A stretch of 64,000 nt of DNA, from positions 151,468,001 to 151,532,000 of the forward strand of contig CM059432.1 of the NCBI GenBank assembly GCA_030390025.1, in the 5' to 3' direction. This document shows positions 39,091-52,098 of the stretch, piece by piece (positions within the stretch are counted from its first letter, which is position 1; each line of letters opens with the position of its first letter). Under the pieces are notes generated by a model. The model had not been told where the DNA came from, did no database searches, and worked only from the letters and a program-made list of their open reading frames with translations. This DNA comes from Squalus acanthias. Taxonomy: Eukaryota. The translations under genes were made by a program, and so were the position numbers.

Positions 39091-40469
39091 TGTCGTATGC
39101 TTCAAAAGCCGACTGCAGCATGTTAGAGCCCATGACAAGAAATGGCCCAGTGTTACCATTGTTACTACATCTCCACTCCTGCAGAAGACTCAGTTTCTAT
39201 TGGCATGCAGAGTGAACAAGGTAAGAATTTTGTGATCAACAGTATTTACTAGCAGGCTGCCTACCGAACTTTATCGGGTCTTACCCACAGCCATGGGTTC
39301 TGTGGATATCTAAAGACAGTTCCTTTCGCAATCTTAAAGATCACAAGTTAAGTGCAGACAAGGTAGGCTACCCAGTGCATCCAGCTCGCGCTTCCATAAA
39401 AAGTAAAAAGAACTCGCTCTAATCCCAGTATCTAACTATAACAGAATTTTTTCTCCCCTGTCCTATGCATTGGACCATTCCAAGTATTAATCACTCTGAA
39501 GTGCTTCTTGAGATTGTGCTTTAAATTGAAGTAACAGTATAGATTTGCCTTTTCTATTCCATTTAGATTACATGGCCCCAATATTAGCGGTGAGGGGGAA
39601 CGTGGTAGTGTGGGAACCCAAACATCGAGGCCCTGCCAATCTCAATGGCCAGGACACTGGGGCTGGGGGAGGCCGAAGGCTTCCTTGAGGCCTGTGGGCA
39701 GCACTCCTGCTCCTCCTGGTGCACAAGGAGTGCTAAAAGGAACTGATTGTGTGTCAGGGTCAGAGGAAGAGTTGCAATAGCCAACAATTGTGCGGTATTC
39801 TACAATGGTCATGCAGGTATTTTTTTTTTTTTTTTAATTTGTACATTTAATTTTGATTTAAGTACCAGAATAAATAAAGCCACTAACTACAGGCAAAAAG
39901 GGAGAGCAAAACGTGCTCAGCCTTTTGGTTTGGTGCCTCTTGGTTGATACAGCTGCCCAAGAACAAAGGCAGCAATCTGATTAACTGCACTCTAAAGTAT
40001 CTTCCTATTGGAAGAGCAACAGTTAACACTGCTGCTGACGGGGAAAAACATGTAGCCTCACAAGCTGCTTCCATGGTTGTGGATGAGCCTGTCTTTCAGG
40101 TATGTATGTATGTGATAAACAAATGAAGAATGCTTCCATTTAAAAAGAATATGACATCATATCGCTTTCAAAACAAAAACACAAACTCAAGGGAAAGTGG
40201 GTACTTGCACAGAAGGAACAGTGAAGCATGACAATGGACCTTTTTATTTTAGTTATAACAGCAGCTGCAGCAAAAGTGAGTTCTGCAGCTCCTCTCAAGG
40301 TACAATGAACCACTTACCTACAACCTTGCTGAACAAATTCTTAGCCGCCTTCCCTCCCCCACCCCACCCCCAAGTTAAATTTACCAGTGGACACTATTCG
40401 TCAAATCCTTTTTAAACAGGATTTCTTCCCTCTGATGGCAAGACTTACTGCAATGTGCCCCAAGTTGGT

Positions 40470-40850
40470 TTAGTGTCAGCTTGGCTCAGATAGGAGGCCT
40501 CTTCCCTGAATTAGAAGGTAATGCGTTCAAGCCCCACTCCAGAACCGGAGCACATAATCTAGGCTGACACTTCAGTGCAGTAAAAAGGGAGTGCTCAATT
40601 GTCAGAGGTGTTGTCTTTCTGGGGAGATATTAAACCAAAGTCCCATTTGCCTACTGAGGTGAACGTAAAAAATCCCATGACATAAATCAAAGAGCAGTGA
40701 GTTCCCCTGGTGGCATGGCCGACCTTCCTTCCTCTTCCAGCACCACTGGGGAAACAGATTAACAACATTCATTTGTGGGACTTGGCCATCCGTAAATTGG
40801 CTGTTGTATTGCCCACACAACAGCTACTACACTTTGGGATATCCTGCAGC
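40470..40850 (+). mobile_element. Deu-domain SINE (SacSINE1-like) with tRNA-like head
   Basis: ttggctcaga (A box), gttcaagccc (B box), aaaatcccatg...agagcag...gagttcccctggt Deu-like core. Confidence 0.65.
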
Positions 40851-41099
40851 TAAGAGAGCTTTCTTTCTTTCTTTAGCCGTGAACACAAAATGACAAGATT
40901 TTAAAGACAATATTGGAAAATGTAGCTTACTCTCATCAAAATTAATATATACACGGGCATTTGCAAAATGGTAAACACTTATAGGACCTTATCTGCTGTG
41001 TTCTTTCCATTTTTGTGTGTGTCTTAAGAAAAAATATTCTATCCTTCTCTTAAAACAGATCCAACACATCTAAGGATTGAAAACATTACCAAGACACAT

Positions 41100-42692
41100 A
41101 ACTTATATTTATATAGCGCCTTTAATGTAGTAAAATGTCCCAAGCTGCTTCACAGGAGCATTATAAAACAAAATTTGACATCAAGCCACGTGAGGAGTAT
41201 TAGGACAGAAAGAGGTGGGTTTTAAGGAGCATCTTAAAGGAAGAGGGGTTGAGAGGCAGAGAGGTTTAGGCAGGGAATTCCAGAGCTTAGGGCCTTGGCA
41301 ACAGAAGGCAGGACCACCAATGGTGGAGCGACTGAAATCAGGGATGCCCAAGGAGGGCAGAATTAGAGGAGCATAGATATCTTGCGCATTGTGGGGTTGA
41401 AGGAAATTACAGTGCTAGGGAGTGGGAGGCCAAGGAGGGATATGAAAACAAGGATGAGAATTTTAAAATTGAGGCGTTGCTTAAACGGGAACCAATGTAG
41501 GTCAGTGAGTACAGGGGTGATGGGTGAACAGGACTTGGTGCGAGTTAGGACTCGGGCAGCAGAGTTTTGGATGACCTCAAGTTTACGAAGGGTAGAATGC
41601 GGGAGGCCAGCCTGGAGTGCATTGGAATACAGGAAACTTTCGTTTATCCGGCATCGACGGGACCGGCGTGGTGCCGGTTTATCGAAAGTACCGGATAACG
41701 GAGAGTTATATCTACCGAGGCTATTTTTAACAAAGAGACTCCAGGCAGCACGGGAGAATCAACTCCTGCTACTGTAGTGTTTCGGACTTCCGACAGCGCC
41801 AGGAGGCCGAGTAGTGGCACTTTTGAAAAGTACCCCTACTGACTAAATCGGCGTTCGCGGACTCGGACTCGGCAACATTGCCGGTTATTTGAGAGGAGTT
41901 TTCGGAGCACTCGGCGTTCGCGGAGACTCGACTGCGACTCGGCAACATTGCCGGTTATTTGAGAGGAGTTTTCGGAGGATGATTTTTGCCGGTTAAGCGA
42001 GAATTCCGGATATTTGGGTGCCGGATAAACGAAAGTTTCCTGTAGTCAAGTCTAGAGGTAACAAAAGCATTGATGAGGGTTTCAGCAGCAGATGAGCTGA
42101 TGCAAGGGTGGAGTCGGGCGATATTATGGAGGTGGAAATAGGCGGTCTTGGTGATGGCGTGGATATGTGGTGGGAATCTCATCTCGGGGTCAAAAAGAAC
42201 ACCAAGGTTGCGAACAGTCTGGTTCAGCCTCAGACAGTTGCCAGGGAGAGGGACGGGGTCGGTGGCTAGGGAACAGAGTTTGTGGTGGGGGCCAAAGACA
42301 ATGGCTTCGGTCTTCCCAATATTTAGTTGGAGGAAATTTCTGCTCATCTGGGACTGGATGTCAGACAAACAATCTGACAATTTAGATACAGTGGAGGGGT
42401 CGAGAGAGGCGATGGTGACATTGAGTTGGGTGTCGTCAGCGTACGTGTGGAAACGGACGCTGCGTTTTTGGATAATGTCGCTGAGGGGCAGCATGTAGAT
42501 GAGAATTAGGAGGGGGCCAAGGATAGATCCCTGGGGGACACCAGAGGTAACGATGCGGGAGCGGGAAGAGAAGCCATTGCAGGTGATTCTCTGGCTATGA
42601 TTGCATAAATAAGAATGGAACCAGGCAAGTGCAGTCCTACCCAGCTGGACGACAGTGGAAAGGCATTGGAGGAGGATTGTGTGGTCAACCCT
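41100..42692 (-). mobile_element. L2 LINE RT 3' half, interrupted by a MITE
   Basis: FHTYADDTQL, NFLQLNIGKTE, VRNLGVLFD, AFVTSRLDY. Confidence 0.9.
41630..42042. mobile_element. Tc1/mariner (pogo/Tigger-like) MITE, 413 bp, related to 25614-25977
   Basis: TA|caggaaactttcgtttatccggca ... tgccggataaacgaaagtttcctg|TA; removal restores L2 ggaata-gtcaagtctag. Confidence 0.9.
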
Positions 42693-43512
42693 GCCTGTTC
42701 ATAAAATGATTTCAGAAGCGAATGCAGTCCCTTCCATTAAATTGGGAGTCTCTAAGCTTTTAGTCTTCATGGACTACATAGGTGTATACTGTGGAACATC
42801 CATTGGTGGGTTCGAATTGAAATCAATTTCTCCATTAATTTGTATATCTTGAATTGCCGTTGCTTCATGCTGTTCCATCATTAGTGGACATTTGAAACCT
42901 GAGGCTCATAAAATTCAAACAAGACAAGCCAGCAAACACACAAGTTCAAATAGAATGGAGTTGCCCGGGCTTCAAAGGCCGGGCCACAGTTCAGACAAGC
43001 CTGTATCGATTAGACAAAACAAGGCAGCTGATTTAGTTCAGTGGAACAAGGTTTTATATTTATGAGGGCAATAACTATTAATCACATGAAATTCTCTCTC
43101 ATATTTGCAACAGATTGTATTTCATACAGCCGAGTTAACAACTCAACTACTTCTCTGGGAACCATTGAACCCCCCACCTGGAGCCACAGCTACTCACATA
43201 GCTTTAGTATTTCAGAAGTTTCTTCTACTCAAGCAAAAGCAAAGACCTCCATTAAAAAAAACCAAGTACAGAATACTTCTTTTTTAATTTGCAAAATATG
43301 AAAAACATAGGGTACGTAAGAAGTTGTTAAACAAGATGTTCATACCAAAAGTAAAGGACGCCATCATGCTGAATAAAGTTCTGAGCAACAACTACATATG
43401 GGGCAGAGTGGTCAGGAGAATAAGTGAATGAGAACCAAATTCACATACATGAGCAAAATCCAGTATGAACTGGAACTAGACAGAGCGGCCTAGAGTTTCT
43501 GCTATTTAAATC

Positions 43513-46500
43513 GGCCAAATCAGTGCAAGGGCACAGAATGTACTCTGGGTAGAGGACGTCAATGTCCATCGCCAAGAGTGGCTCGGTAGCACGACTACTG
43601 ACCGAGCAGGCCTCGTCCTGTAGGACATAACTGCCAGTCTGGGCCTGCGACATGTGGTGAGAGAACCAACACAAGGGAAAAACCTACTTGACCTCGTCAT
43701 CACCAATCTACCTGTCGCAGATGCATCTGTCCATCAGTAACCACCGCACAGTAATTGTGGAGATGAAATCCCATCTTCACACTGAGGACACCCTCCATCG
43801 TGTTGTGTGGCACTACCACTGTGCTAAATGGGATAGATTCAGAATAAATCTAGCAGCTCAAAACTGGACATCCATGAGACGCTGTGGGCTATCAGCAGCA
43901 GCAGAATTATATTCCACCACAATCTGTAACATCATGGCACCAGCATATCCCTCACTCTACCATTACCACCAAGCCAGGGGACCAGCCCTGGTTCAATAAG
44001 GAGTGTAGACGAGCATGCCAGGAGCAGCACGAGGCGTACCTAAAAATGAGCTGCCAACCTGGGGAAGCTGCAACACAGGACTACATGAATGTTAAACAGC
44101 AGAAGCAGCATGCTATAGACAGAGCTAAGCAATTCCACAATCAAAGGATCAGATCAAAGCTCTGCAGTCCTGCCATATCCAGTCGTGAATGGTGATGGAC
44201 AATTAAACAACTAACGGGAGGAGGAGGCTCCATGAACATCCCCATCCTCAATGATGGCGGAGCCCAGTACCAGAGTGCAAAAGACAAGGCTGAAGCGTTT
44301 GCAACCATCTTCGGCCAGAAGTGCCGAGTGGATGATCCATATCGGCCTCCTCCTGAGGACCCTACCATCACAGAAGCCAGTCTTCAGCCAATTCGATTCA
44401 CTCCACGTGATAACAAGAAATGGCTGAGCGCACTGGATACAGCAAAGGCTATGGGCCCTGACAACATCCCGGCTATCGTGCTGAAGACTTGCGCTCCAGA
44501 ACAAGCAGCATCTCTAGCCAAGCTGTTCCAGTACAGCTACAACACTGGCATCTATCCGACAATATAGAAAACTGCCCAGGTATGTCTTGTCCACAAAATG
44601 CAGGACAAATCCAATCCTTCCAATTACCGCCCCATCAGTCTACTCTCAATCATCAGCAGTGATGGAAGGTGTCATCGACAGTGCCATCAAGCGGCACTTA
44701 CCACCAATAACCTGCTCACCAATGCTCAGTTTGGGTTCCACCAGGACCACTCGGCTCCAGACCTCATTACAGCCTTGGTCCAAACATGGACAAAAGAGCT
44801 GAATTCCAGAGGTGAGGTGAGAATGACTGCCCTTAACCTCAAGGCAGCATTTGACCAAGTGTGGCATTAAGGAGCCCTAGTAAAATTGAAGTCAATGGGA
44901 ATCAAGGGGAAAACTCTCCACTGGCTGGAGTCATACCTAACACAAAGGAAGATGGTTGTGGTGGTTGGAGGTCAATCATCACAGCCCCAAGACATCGCTG
45001 CAGGAGTTCCTCAGGGCAGTGTCCTAGGCCCAACCATCTTCAGTTGCTTCATTAATGACCTTCCCTCCATCATAAGGTCAGAAGTGGGGATGTTCGCTGA
45101 TAATTGCAGGGTTCAGTGCCATTTACATCTCCTCAGATAATGAAGCAGTCCATGCCCGCATGCAGCAAGACCTGGATGATATTCAGGCTTGGGCTGATAA
45201 GTGGCAAGTAACATTCGCACCATAAGTGCTAGGCAATGACTATCTCCAACAAGCGAGAGTCTAACACAGAAACAGAGAAACATAGAAAAATAGGAGCAGG
45301 AGTCGGCCATTTGGACCTTTGAGCCTGCTCCGCCATTCAATATCATGGCTGATCCTCTATCTCAATACCATATTCCCGCGCTCTCCCCATAGGCCTTGAT
45401 GCCTTTTGTGTCTAGAAATCTATCTATCTCCTTCTTAAATATATTCAGTGACTTGGCCTCCACAGCCTTCTGTGGTAGAGAATTCCACAGGTTCATCATC
45501 CTCGGAGTGAAGAAATTTCTCATCTCAGTCCTAAATGTCCTACCCCGTATCCGGAGACTGTGACCCCTCGTTCGAGACCTCCCCCAGCCAGGGGAAACAT
45601 CCTCTCTGCATCCAGTCTGTCTAGCCCTGTCAGAATTTTATACGTTTCAATGAGATCCCCTCTCATTCTTCTAAACTCTAGTGAATACAGGCCTAGTTGA
45701 CCCAATCTTTCCTCATGACAGTCCTGCCATCCCAAGAATCAGTCTGGTGAACCTTCGCTGCTCTCCCTCTATGGCAAGTATATCCTCTCTCAGGTAAGGA
45801 GACCAAAACTGCACACACTACTCCAGGTGTGGTCTCACCAAGGCCCTGTATAACTGTAGTAAGACATCCTTGCTCCTGTACTCAAATCCTCTTGCAATGA
45901 AGGCCAACATACCATTTGCCTTCCAAACGGTTTGCTGCACCTGCATGTTTGCTTTCAGTGACTGGTGTACAAGGACACCCAGGTCCCTTTGTATATCAAC
46001 ATTTCCCAATCTATCACCATTTAAATAATACTCTGCCTTTCTGTTTTTCCTACCGAAGTGGATAACTTCACATTTATCCACGTTATACTGCATCTGCCAT
46101 GTATTTGCCCACTCACTCAACTTGTCTAAATCGCCTTGAAGCCTCCTTGCATCCTCCTCACAACCCCACCTAGTTTCGTGTCATCAGCAAACTTAGAAAT
46201 ATTACATTTGGTTCCCTCATCCAAATCATTGATATGCAGGTATATTGGAAATAGCTGGGGCCCAAGCATTGATCCCTGCGGTACCCCACTAGTCACCGCC
46301 TGCCACCCCGAAAAAGACCCATTTATTCCTACTCTCTGTTTCCTGTCTGTTAACCAATTTTCAATCCATGCCAGTATATTACCTCCAATCCCATGTGCTT
46401 TAATTTTGCACACTAACCTCTTATGTGGGACTTTATCAAAGGCCTTCTGAAAATCCAAATACACTACATCCACTGGTTCTCCCTTGTCTATTCTACCAGT

Positions 46501-47883
46501 TACATCCTCAAAAAACTACAGTCGGTGGGTCAAACACAATTTCCCTTTCATAAATCCATGTTGACTTTGTCTAATCCCGTTGATATTTTCTAAGTGCCCT
46601 GTTATCACATCCTTTATAATAGACTCTAGCATTTTCCCTACTACTGATGTTAGGCTAACCGGTCGGTCTGTCGTTCCCGGTTTTCTCTCTCCCTCCTTTT
46701 TTAAATAGTGGGGTTACATTTGCCACCCTCCAATCTGCAGGAACTGTTCCATAATCTATAGAATTTTGGAAGATGACAACCAATGCATCCACTATTTCCA
46801 TGGCTACCTCTTTTAGTACTCTGGGATGCAGATCATCAGGCCCTGGGGATTTATCGGCTTTCAGTCCCATTAATTTCCCCAGCACTATTTTTTTTTACAA
46901 ATACTAATTTCCTTGAATTCCTCCTTCTCACTAGACCCTTGGTTCCCCAGCATTTCTGGGAAGTTATTTGTGTCCTCTTCCGTGAAGACAGAACCAAAGT
47001 ATTTGTTTAATTGCTCTGCTATTTCCTTGTTCCCCATTATAAATTCTCCCGTTTCTGACTAATCATTTTCTTTTAACATACTAGTTTACATAATTTACAT
47101 AACCATCGCCCCTTAACATTCAACGGTATTACCATCGCCGAATCCCCCACCATCAACATCCTGTATCAATGATTTGGATGAGGGAACCAAATGTAATATT
47201 TCCAAGTTTGCTGACGACACAAAACCATTGACCAGAAACTTAACTGGACCAGCCACATAAATACTGTGGCAACAAGAGCAGGTCAGAGGCTGGGTATTCT
47301 GCGGCAAGTGTCTCACCTCCTGACTCCCCAAAGCCTTTCCACCATCCACAAGGCACAAGTCAGGAGTGTGATGGAATATTCTCCACTTGCCTGGATGAGT
47401 GCAGCTCCAACACCACAAGAAGCTCGACACCATCCAGGACAAAGCAGCCCGCTTGATTGGCACCCCATGCACCACCTTAAACATTCACTCCCTCCACCAC
47501 CGGCGTAACGTGACTGCAGTGTGTACCATCTACAAGATACACTGCAGCAGCAACTCGCCAAGGCTTCTTCGGCAGCACCTCCCAAACCCACAACCTCTAC
47601 CACCTAGAAGGACAAGGGCAGCAGGTGCATAAGAACACCATTACGTGCAAGTTCCCCTCCAAGTCAGACACCACCCTGACTTGGAAATATATCGCCATTC
47701 CTTCATTGTCGCTGGGTCAAAATCCTGGAACTCCCTCCCTAACAGCACTGTGGGAGTACCCTCACCACACGGACTGCAGCGGTTCAAGAAGGCGGCTCAC
47801 CATCACTTTCTGAAGGGCAATTAGGGATGGGCAGTAAATGCTGGCCTTGCCAGCGACGCACACATCCCATGAACGAATAAAAA
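43513..47883 (+). mobile_element. LINE family B, 5'-truncated, pieces 43513-45265 and 47100-47883 split by a CR1
   Basis: [30 protein letters not shown]; gagtctaac at 45265 resumes as taaccatcgcccc at 47100. Confidence 0.88.
45266..47060 (-). mobile_element. CR1 LINE, 5'-truncated, nested in family B
   Basis: [41 protein letters not shown]. Confidence 0.9.
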
Positions 47884-48299
47884 AGACCAGGGACTGTGCA
47901 GCTATCTTCCTTGTCTGTAGGACTCAGTTACTCACTGGATAAACTCGCAGCCCTTAGCATGAGTGAAACTCACCCCACCTAACATGGAATTAGCTGAGAA
48001 ATTTACTACATTTGTGATGATATATCTTTGGTTGGTAGTTGAAAAGGTCCTGAACTTTTGGTTTGTTTCAAGCTGGGTAAGGAGGGGGCAACAGTAGGTC
48101 AATTATAGAAAAGAAATGCGCCGAGCTTAGCTATTTCATTTAGTAAACCCGCATTCTGTGCTGTAAAGGGAACGACACAAGAGGACACACCAGGAGCAGT
48201 GCTGGCAAGTTTTGAAAGCAACACCAATTCCCCAAAGACCATTCATTAGTTATCGGACATAAAAGAGTCAGTGGAATTAGTATTCTGGAGAATAAAAGA

Positions 48300-48735
48300 C
48301 TGAACCAGCAGCAGCTCTTTTCTCTGGAAAGAGAAGACCGAAGGGGTGGCCTGATAGAGGTCTGTAAAATTATGAAGGGGTTTGATCGGTTAGACGTAGA
48401 GAAGATGTTTCCACATGTGAGGAGGTCAAAAACTAGGGCCATAAATGCACGATAGTCACAAATAAATCCAATAAGGAATTAAGGAGAAGCTTCTTTCCTG
48501 AAGAGTGGTGAGAATTAGGAACTTGTTACCACATGGAATGGTTGAGGCGACTAGCATAGATGCATTTAAGGGGAAGCTGAATCAGTAGATGAGGGAGAAA
48601 GGAATAGAAGGATATGTTGTACGGTGAGATGAATTAGGGCGGGAGGAGGCTCGTGTGGAGCATAAACACCAACATAGACCTGTTGTGCCGAATGGTCTAT
48701 TTCCGTGCTGTAAAGTTCTATGTAATTCAATTCTA
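48300..48735 (+). mobile_element. CR1-type 3' end fragment
   Basis: ctcttttctctggaaagagaagaccgaagggg...atttccgtgctgtaaagttctatgtaattc. Confidence 0.7.
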
Positions 48736-48940
48736 TGTACGTTAAAAAAAACTAAGTTATCAATGAATGAAACAGCAATTAGTTTTAGTTGATTAAATAT
48801 TATGTACACTGAAGCTGTTTAAGAACTATTGCCTGCAGATGCCTAGAGGATTTTTTTCCTGTCCTACTGCATTCCCATTCTTGATTGTGTAGTACATAAA
48901 GGGTAACATTTGTTTAAGCACAGAGATCACTATTTTTTAA

Positions 48941-49850
48941 ATGGGATACTGAATTATCGTGACATCTTTCTGCCATCACTTCATCTTACAGGTCAGTATT
49001 ATTTTCTTTCCTTGAGATTCTCAGCCAGCTCCTCCTCTGCCTCTGATGAAGCAACTTTGTAGATAGCCACGAAGCACGTAACTCCTACATTGCACGGCAA
49101 CACTATTATGCAATACCATGGGTGGGGCTTAATTCTTCCTCCGTTTGGGAACTACTTTCCCCTATGGCATGGCCAATACAGAAATGTACAATGAGGAGAA
49201 CTGCAAGGTGCAAACCTATATTCTATACAATGCTGACAACACATTCAACTACCTCAACTGGCAAAGTTCTTTTGTTACAAAAGACCATGTAAATTAAAGA
49301 AATGAAATAGACGGTGTTCTAAATGTATAAATGCACGATAGTGTTTTTGGGAAGTCCACAGATTGTGAAACAACATTTGCGGTCATCCTTAAACCCATGA
49401 TATGCCCTCAACTTCAGACAACTGTAAAGTGGTGGAATTTCGGTCAATTTTCTGAATCAGCCACTACAGCTTAAACCGTGTAATCTTCATTATGTAAGCA
49501 CATCACTGCGAGAAGAGTTGTTAATGTGATTGTTTCTCCCCTTAGCATAATTATGCTGGGTTCAATTGAATAAACATATTCCAGGACTGGCCAGATTTTG
49601 CTGGAGAAAAGGTGTGCAAACAATGGCCATTCAGAGTTCAACTGATGTGAATAGTCCAGGACTGACCAGGCATCGAGAGTTGAGGTTTCCTCAACTGTGA
49701 CCACGTGCAGCCCTCAAGACTTAGCAATGGGATATTGAATTGTGACATCTTTCAGCTATCACTTCATCTTCCAGGTCAGTGTTATTTTCTTTCCTTGAGA
49801 TACTCAGCCAGCCTCCTTGGCCCCTGATGAAGCAATTTTGTGGATAACCA
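48941..49850 (+). repeat. Pair of ~125-bp diverged direct repeats (48941-49069, 49727-49850); probable old Penelope-like remnant
   Basis: Both read atgggata-tgaatt...gtgacatctttc...tcacttcatctt-caggtcagt...ctgatgaagcaa-tttgt-gata-cca. Confidence 0.75.
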
Positions 49851-51342
49851 ACTATTTGCACTTACAGTTCTTACTTGGTTAGAGTTGAGAAACAATAGAG
49901 GTGCCATTACACTACTAGGTGTATTCTATAGGCCGCCAACTAGTGGGAAGGATACAGAGGAGCAAATTTGCAGGGAAATTGAAGAGGTGCAAGAACTAGA
50001 GTAGTGATAAAGGGGGAATTCAACTATCCAAATATAGATTGGGATAGTAATAGTGTAAAGGGCAAAGAGGGGGAAGAATTTCTGAAATGTGTTCAGGAAA
50101 ACTTTCTGATCAGTATGTTTCCAGCCCAATGAGGAAGGAGGCATTGCTGGATCTGGTTCTGAGGAACGAGGTGGGTCAAGTAGGGGAACATTTAGGGAAC
50201 AGTGATCATAGCATCAGAAGGTTTAGACTAGCTATGGTCAAGGATAGGGAGCAATCTAGAGTAAAAATACTTAATTGGAGGAAAGCCAATTTCAGTGGGT
50301 TGAGAATGGATCTGGCCAGGAATTGGAATCAAAGATTGGCAGGCAAAACTGTAATTGAACAATGATTCGGGTACAGTCGAGGTACATTCCCACAAGGGGG
50401 AAAAGGTAGAGCAACCAAAGCCAGAGCTCCCTGGATGACGAAAGAGATAGAGCGTAAGATGAAGCAGAGAAAGGGGCGTATGACATATATCAAGTTGAGA
50501 ATACAAGTGAGTACCAGGCTGAATATAGAAAGTTCAGAGGGGAAGTGAAAAAAGTAAGCAAGAGGGGCAAAGAGAGAATATGAGAATAGATCGGCAGCTA
50601 ACATAAAAGGGAATCCAAAAGTCTTCTATAGGCATATAAATAGTAAATGGGTAAGAGGAGGGGTGGGGCATATTAGGGACCAAAATGGAGATGTACGCAT
50701 GGGGGCAAGGGGCATGGCTGAGGTACTAAACAAGTACTTTGCATCTGTCTTTACCAAGGAAGATGCTGCCAACGCCAGTGAAAGAGGAGGTAGTGGAGAT
50801 ACAGGATGGGATAAAAATTGATACGGAGGAGGTACTAGAAAGGCTGGCTGTACTTAAAGTAGATAAGTCTCGAGGACTGGATGGCATGCATCCTAGGATG
50901 CTGAGGGAAGTAAAAGGTGGAAATTGCAGAGGTACTGGCCATAATCTTCAAATCTTCCTTAGATACAGGGGTGGTACCAGAGGACTGGAGAAATGCAAAT
51001 GTTACACCCTTGTTCAAAAAAGGGTGTAAGGATAAACCCAGTAACTACAGGCCAGTTTAACCTCAGTAGTGGGGAAGCTTTTAGAAACGATAATCTGGGA
51101 CAAAATTAACAGTCACTTGGACAAGTATGGATTAATTAAGGAATGCCAGCACGGATTTGTTAAAGGCAAATCATGTTTAACTAACTTGATCAAGTTTTTT
51201 GATGAGGTAATAGAGAGGGTTGATGAGGGCAATGCAGTTGATGTGGTGTACATGGACTTCCAAAAGACGTTTGATAAAGTGCCACATAATAGGCTTGCCC
51301 ATGGAATAAAGGACAGTGGCAGCATGGATACGAAATTGGTTT

Positions 51343-51660
51343 ACAGAATCACAGAATCCCCACAGTGCAGATAGAGGCCATTTCGGCCCATCGAGCCTGC
51401 ACTGACACATATCCCACCCTATCCCCGTAACCCCACGTATTTAATCCCCCCTAACACTAAGGGTCAATTTATCATAGCCAAATCAACCTAACCCGCACAT
51501 CTTTGGACTGTGGGAGGAAACCGGAGCACCCGGAGGAAACCCACGCAGACACGGGGAGAATGTGCAAACTCCACACAGACAATCACCCGAGGCCGGATTC
51601 GAACCCGGGTCCCTGGCGCTGTGCGGCAACAGTGCTAACCACTATGCCACCGTGTTGCCC
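51343..51660 (-). mobile_element. HE1-like tRNA-derived V-SINE, intact
   Basis: GGGCAACACGGTGGCATAGTGG (A box), GGTTCGAATCC (B box), V-domain GTGGAGTTTGCACATTCTCCCCGTGTCTGCGTGGGTTTCCTCCGGGTGCTCCGGTTTCCTCCCACA, CR1-type tail. Confidence 0.92.
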
Positions 51661-52098
51661 AGGCTTAGTGACAGGAAACAGAGAGGAATGGTGAGCGGTT
51701 GTTTTTCGGACTGGAGGAAGGTACACAGTGGTGTTCCCCAGGGATCGGTTCTAGGACCACTGCTTTTCTTGATATATATTAATGACTTGGAAGTACATGA
51801 CACAAAACTTGGAAATATAGTGAACAGTCAGGAGGATAGTGATAGACTTCAAGATGACAGACAGGCTGGTGGAATGGGCGGACACGTGGCAGATGACATT
51901 TAACACAGAAAAGTGCGAAGTGATACATTTTAGTACGAAGAACGAGGAGAGGCAATATAAACTGAAGGGTACAATTCTAAAGGGGGTGCATGAACAGAGA
52001 GACGTGGGAGTATATGTGCACAAATCGTTGAAGGTGGCAGGGCAGGTTGAGAAAGCGGTTAAAAAAGCATACAGGATCCTGGGCTTCATAAATAGAGG

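Noticed and set aside
41382..42494. Two opposed ORFs both containing YRKLSFIRH
   Set aside because: Artefact of reading into the MITE terminal inverted repeats from each side.
51560..51660. Possible tRNA gene
   Set aside because: It is the head of an HE1/V-SINE; it continues into the V-domain and LINE tail.
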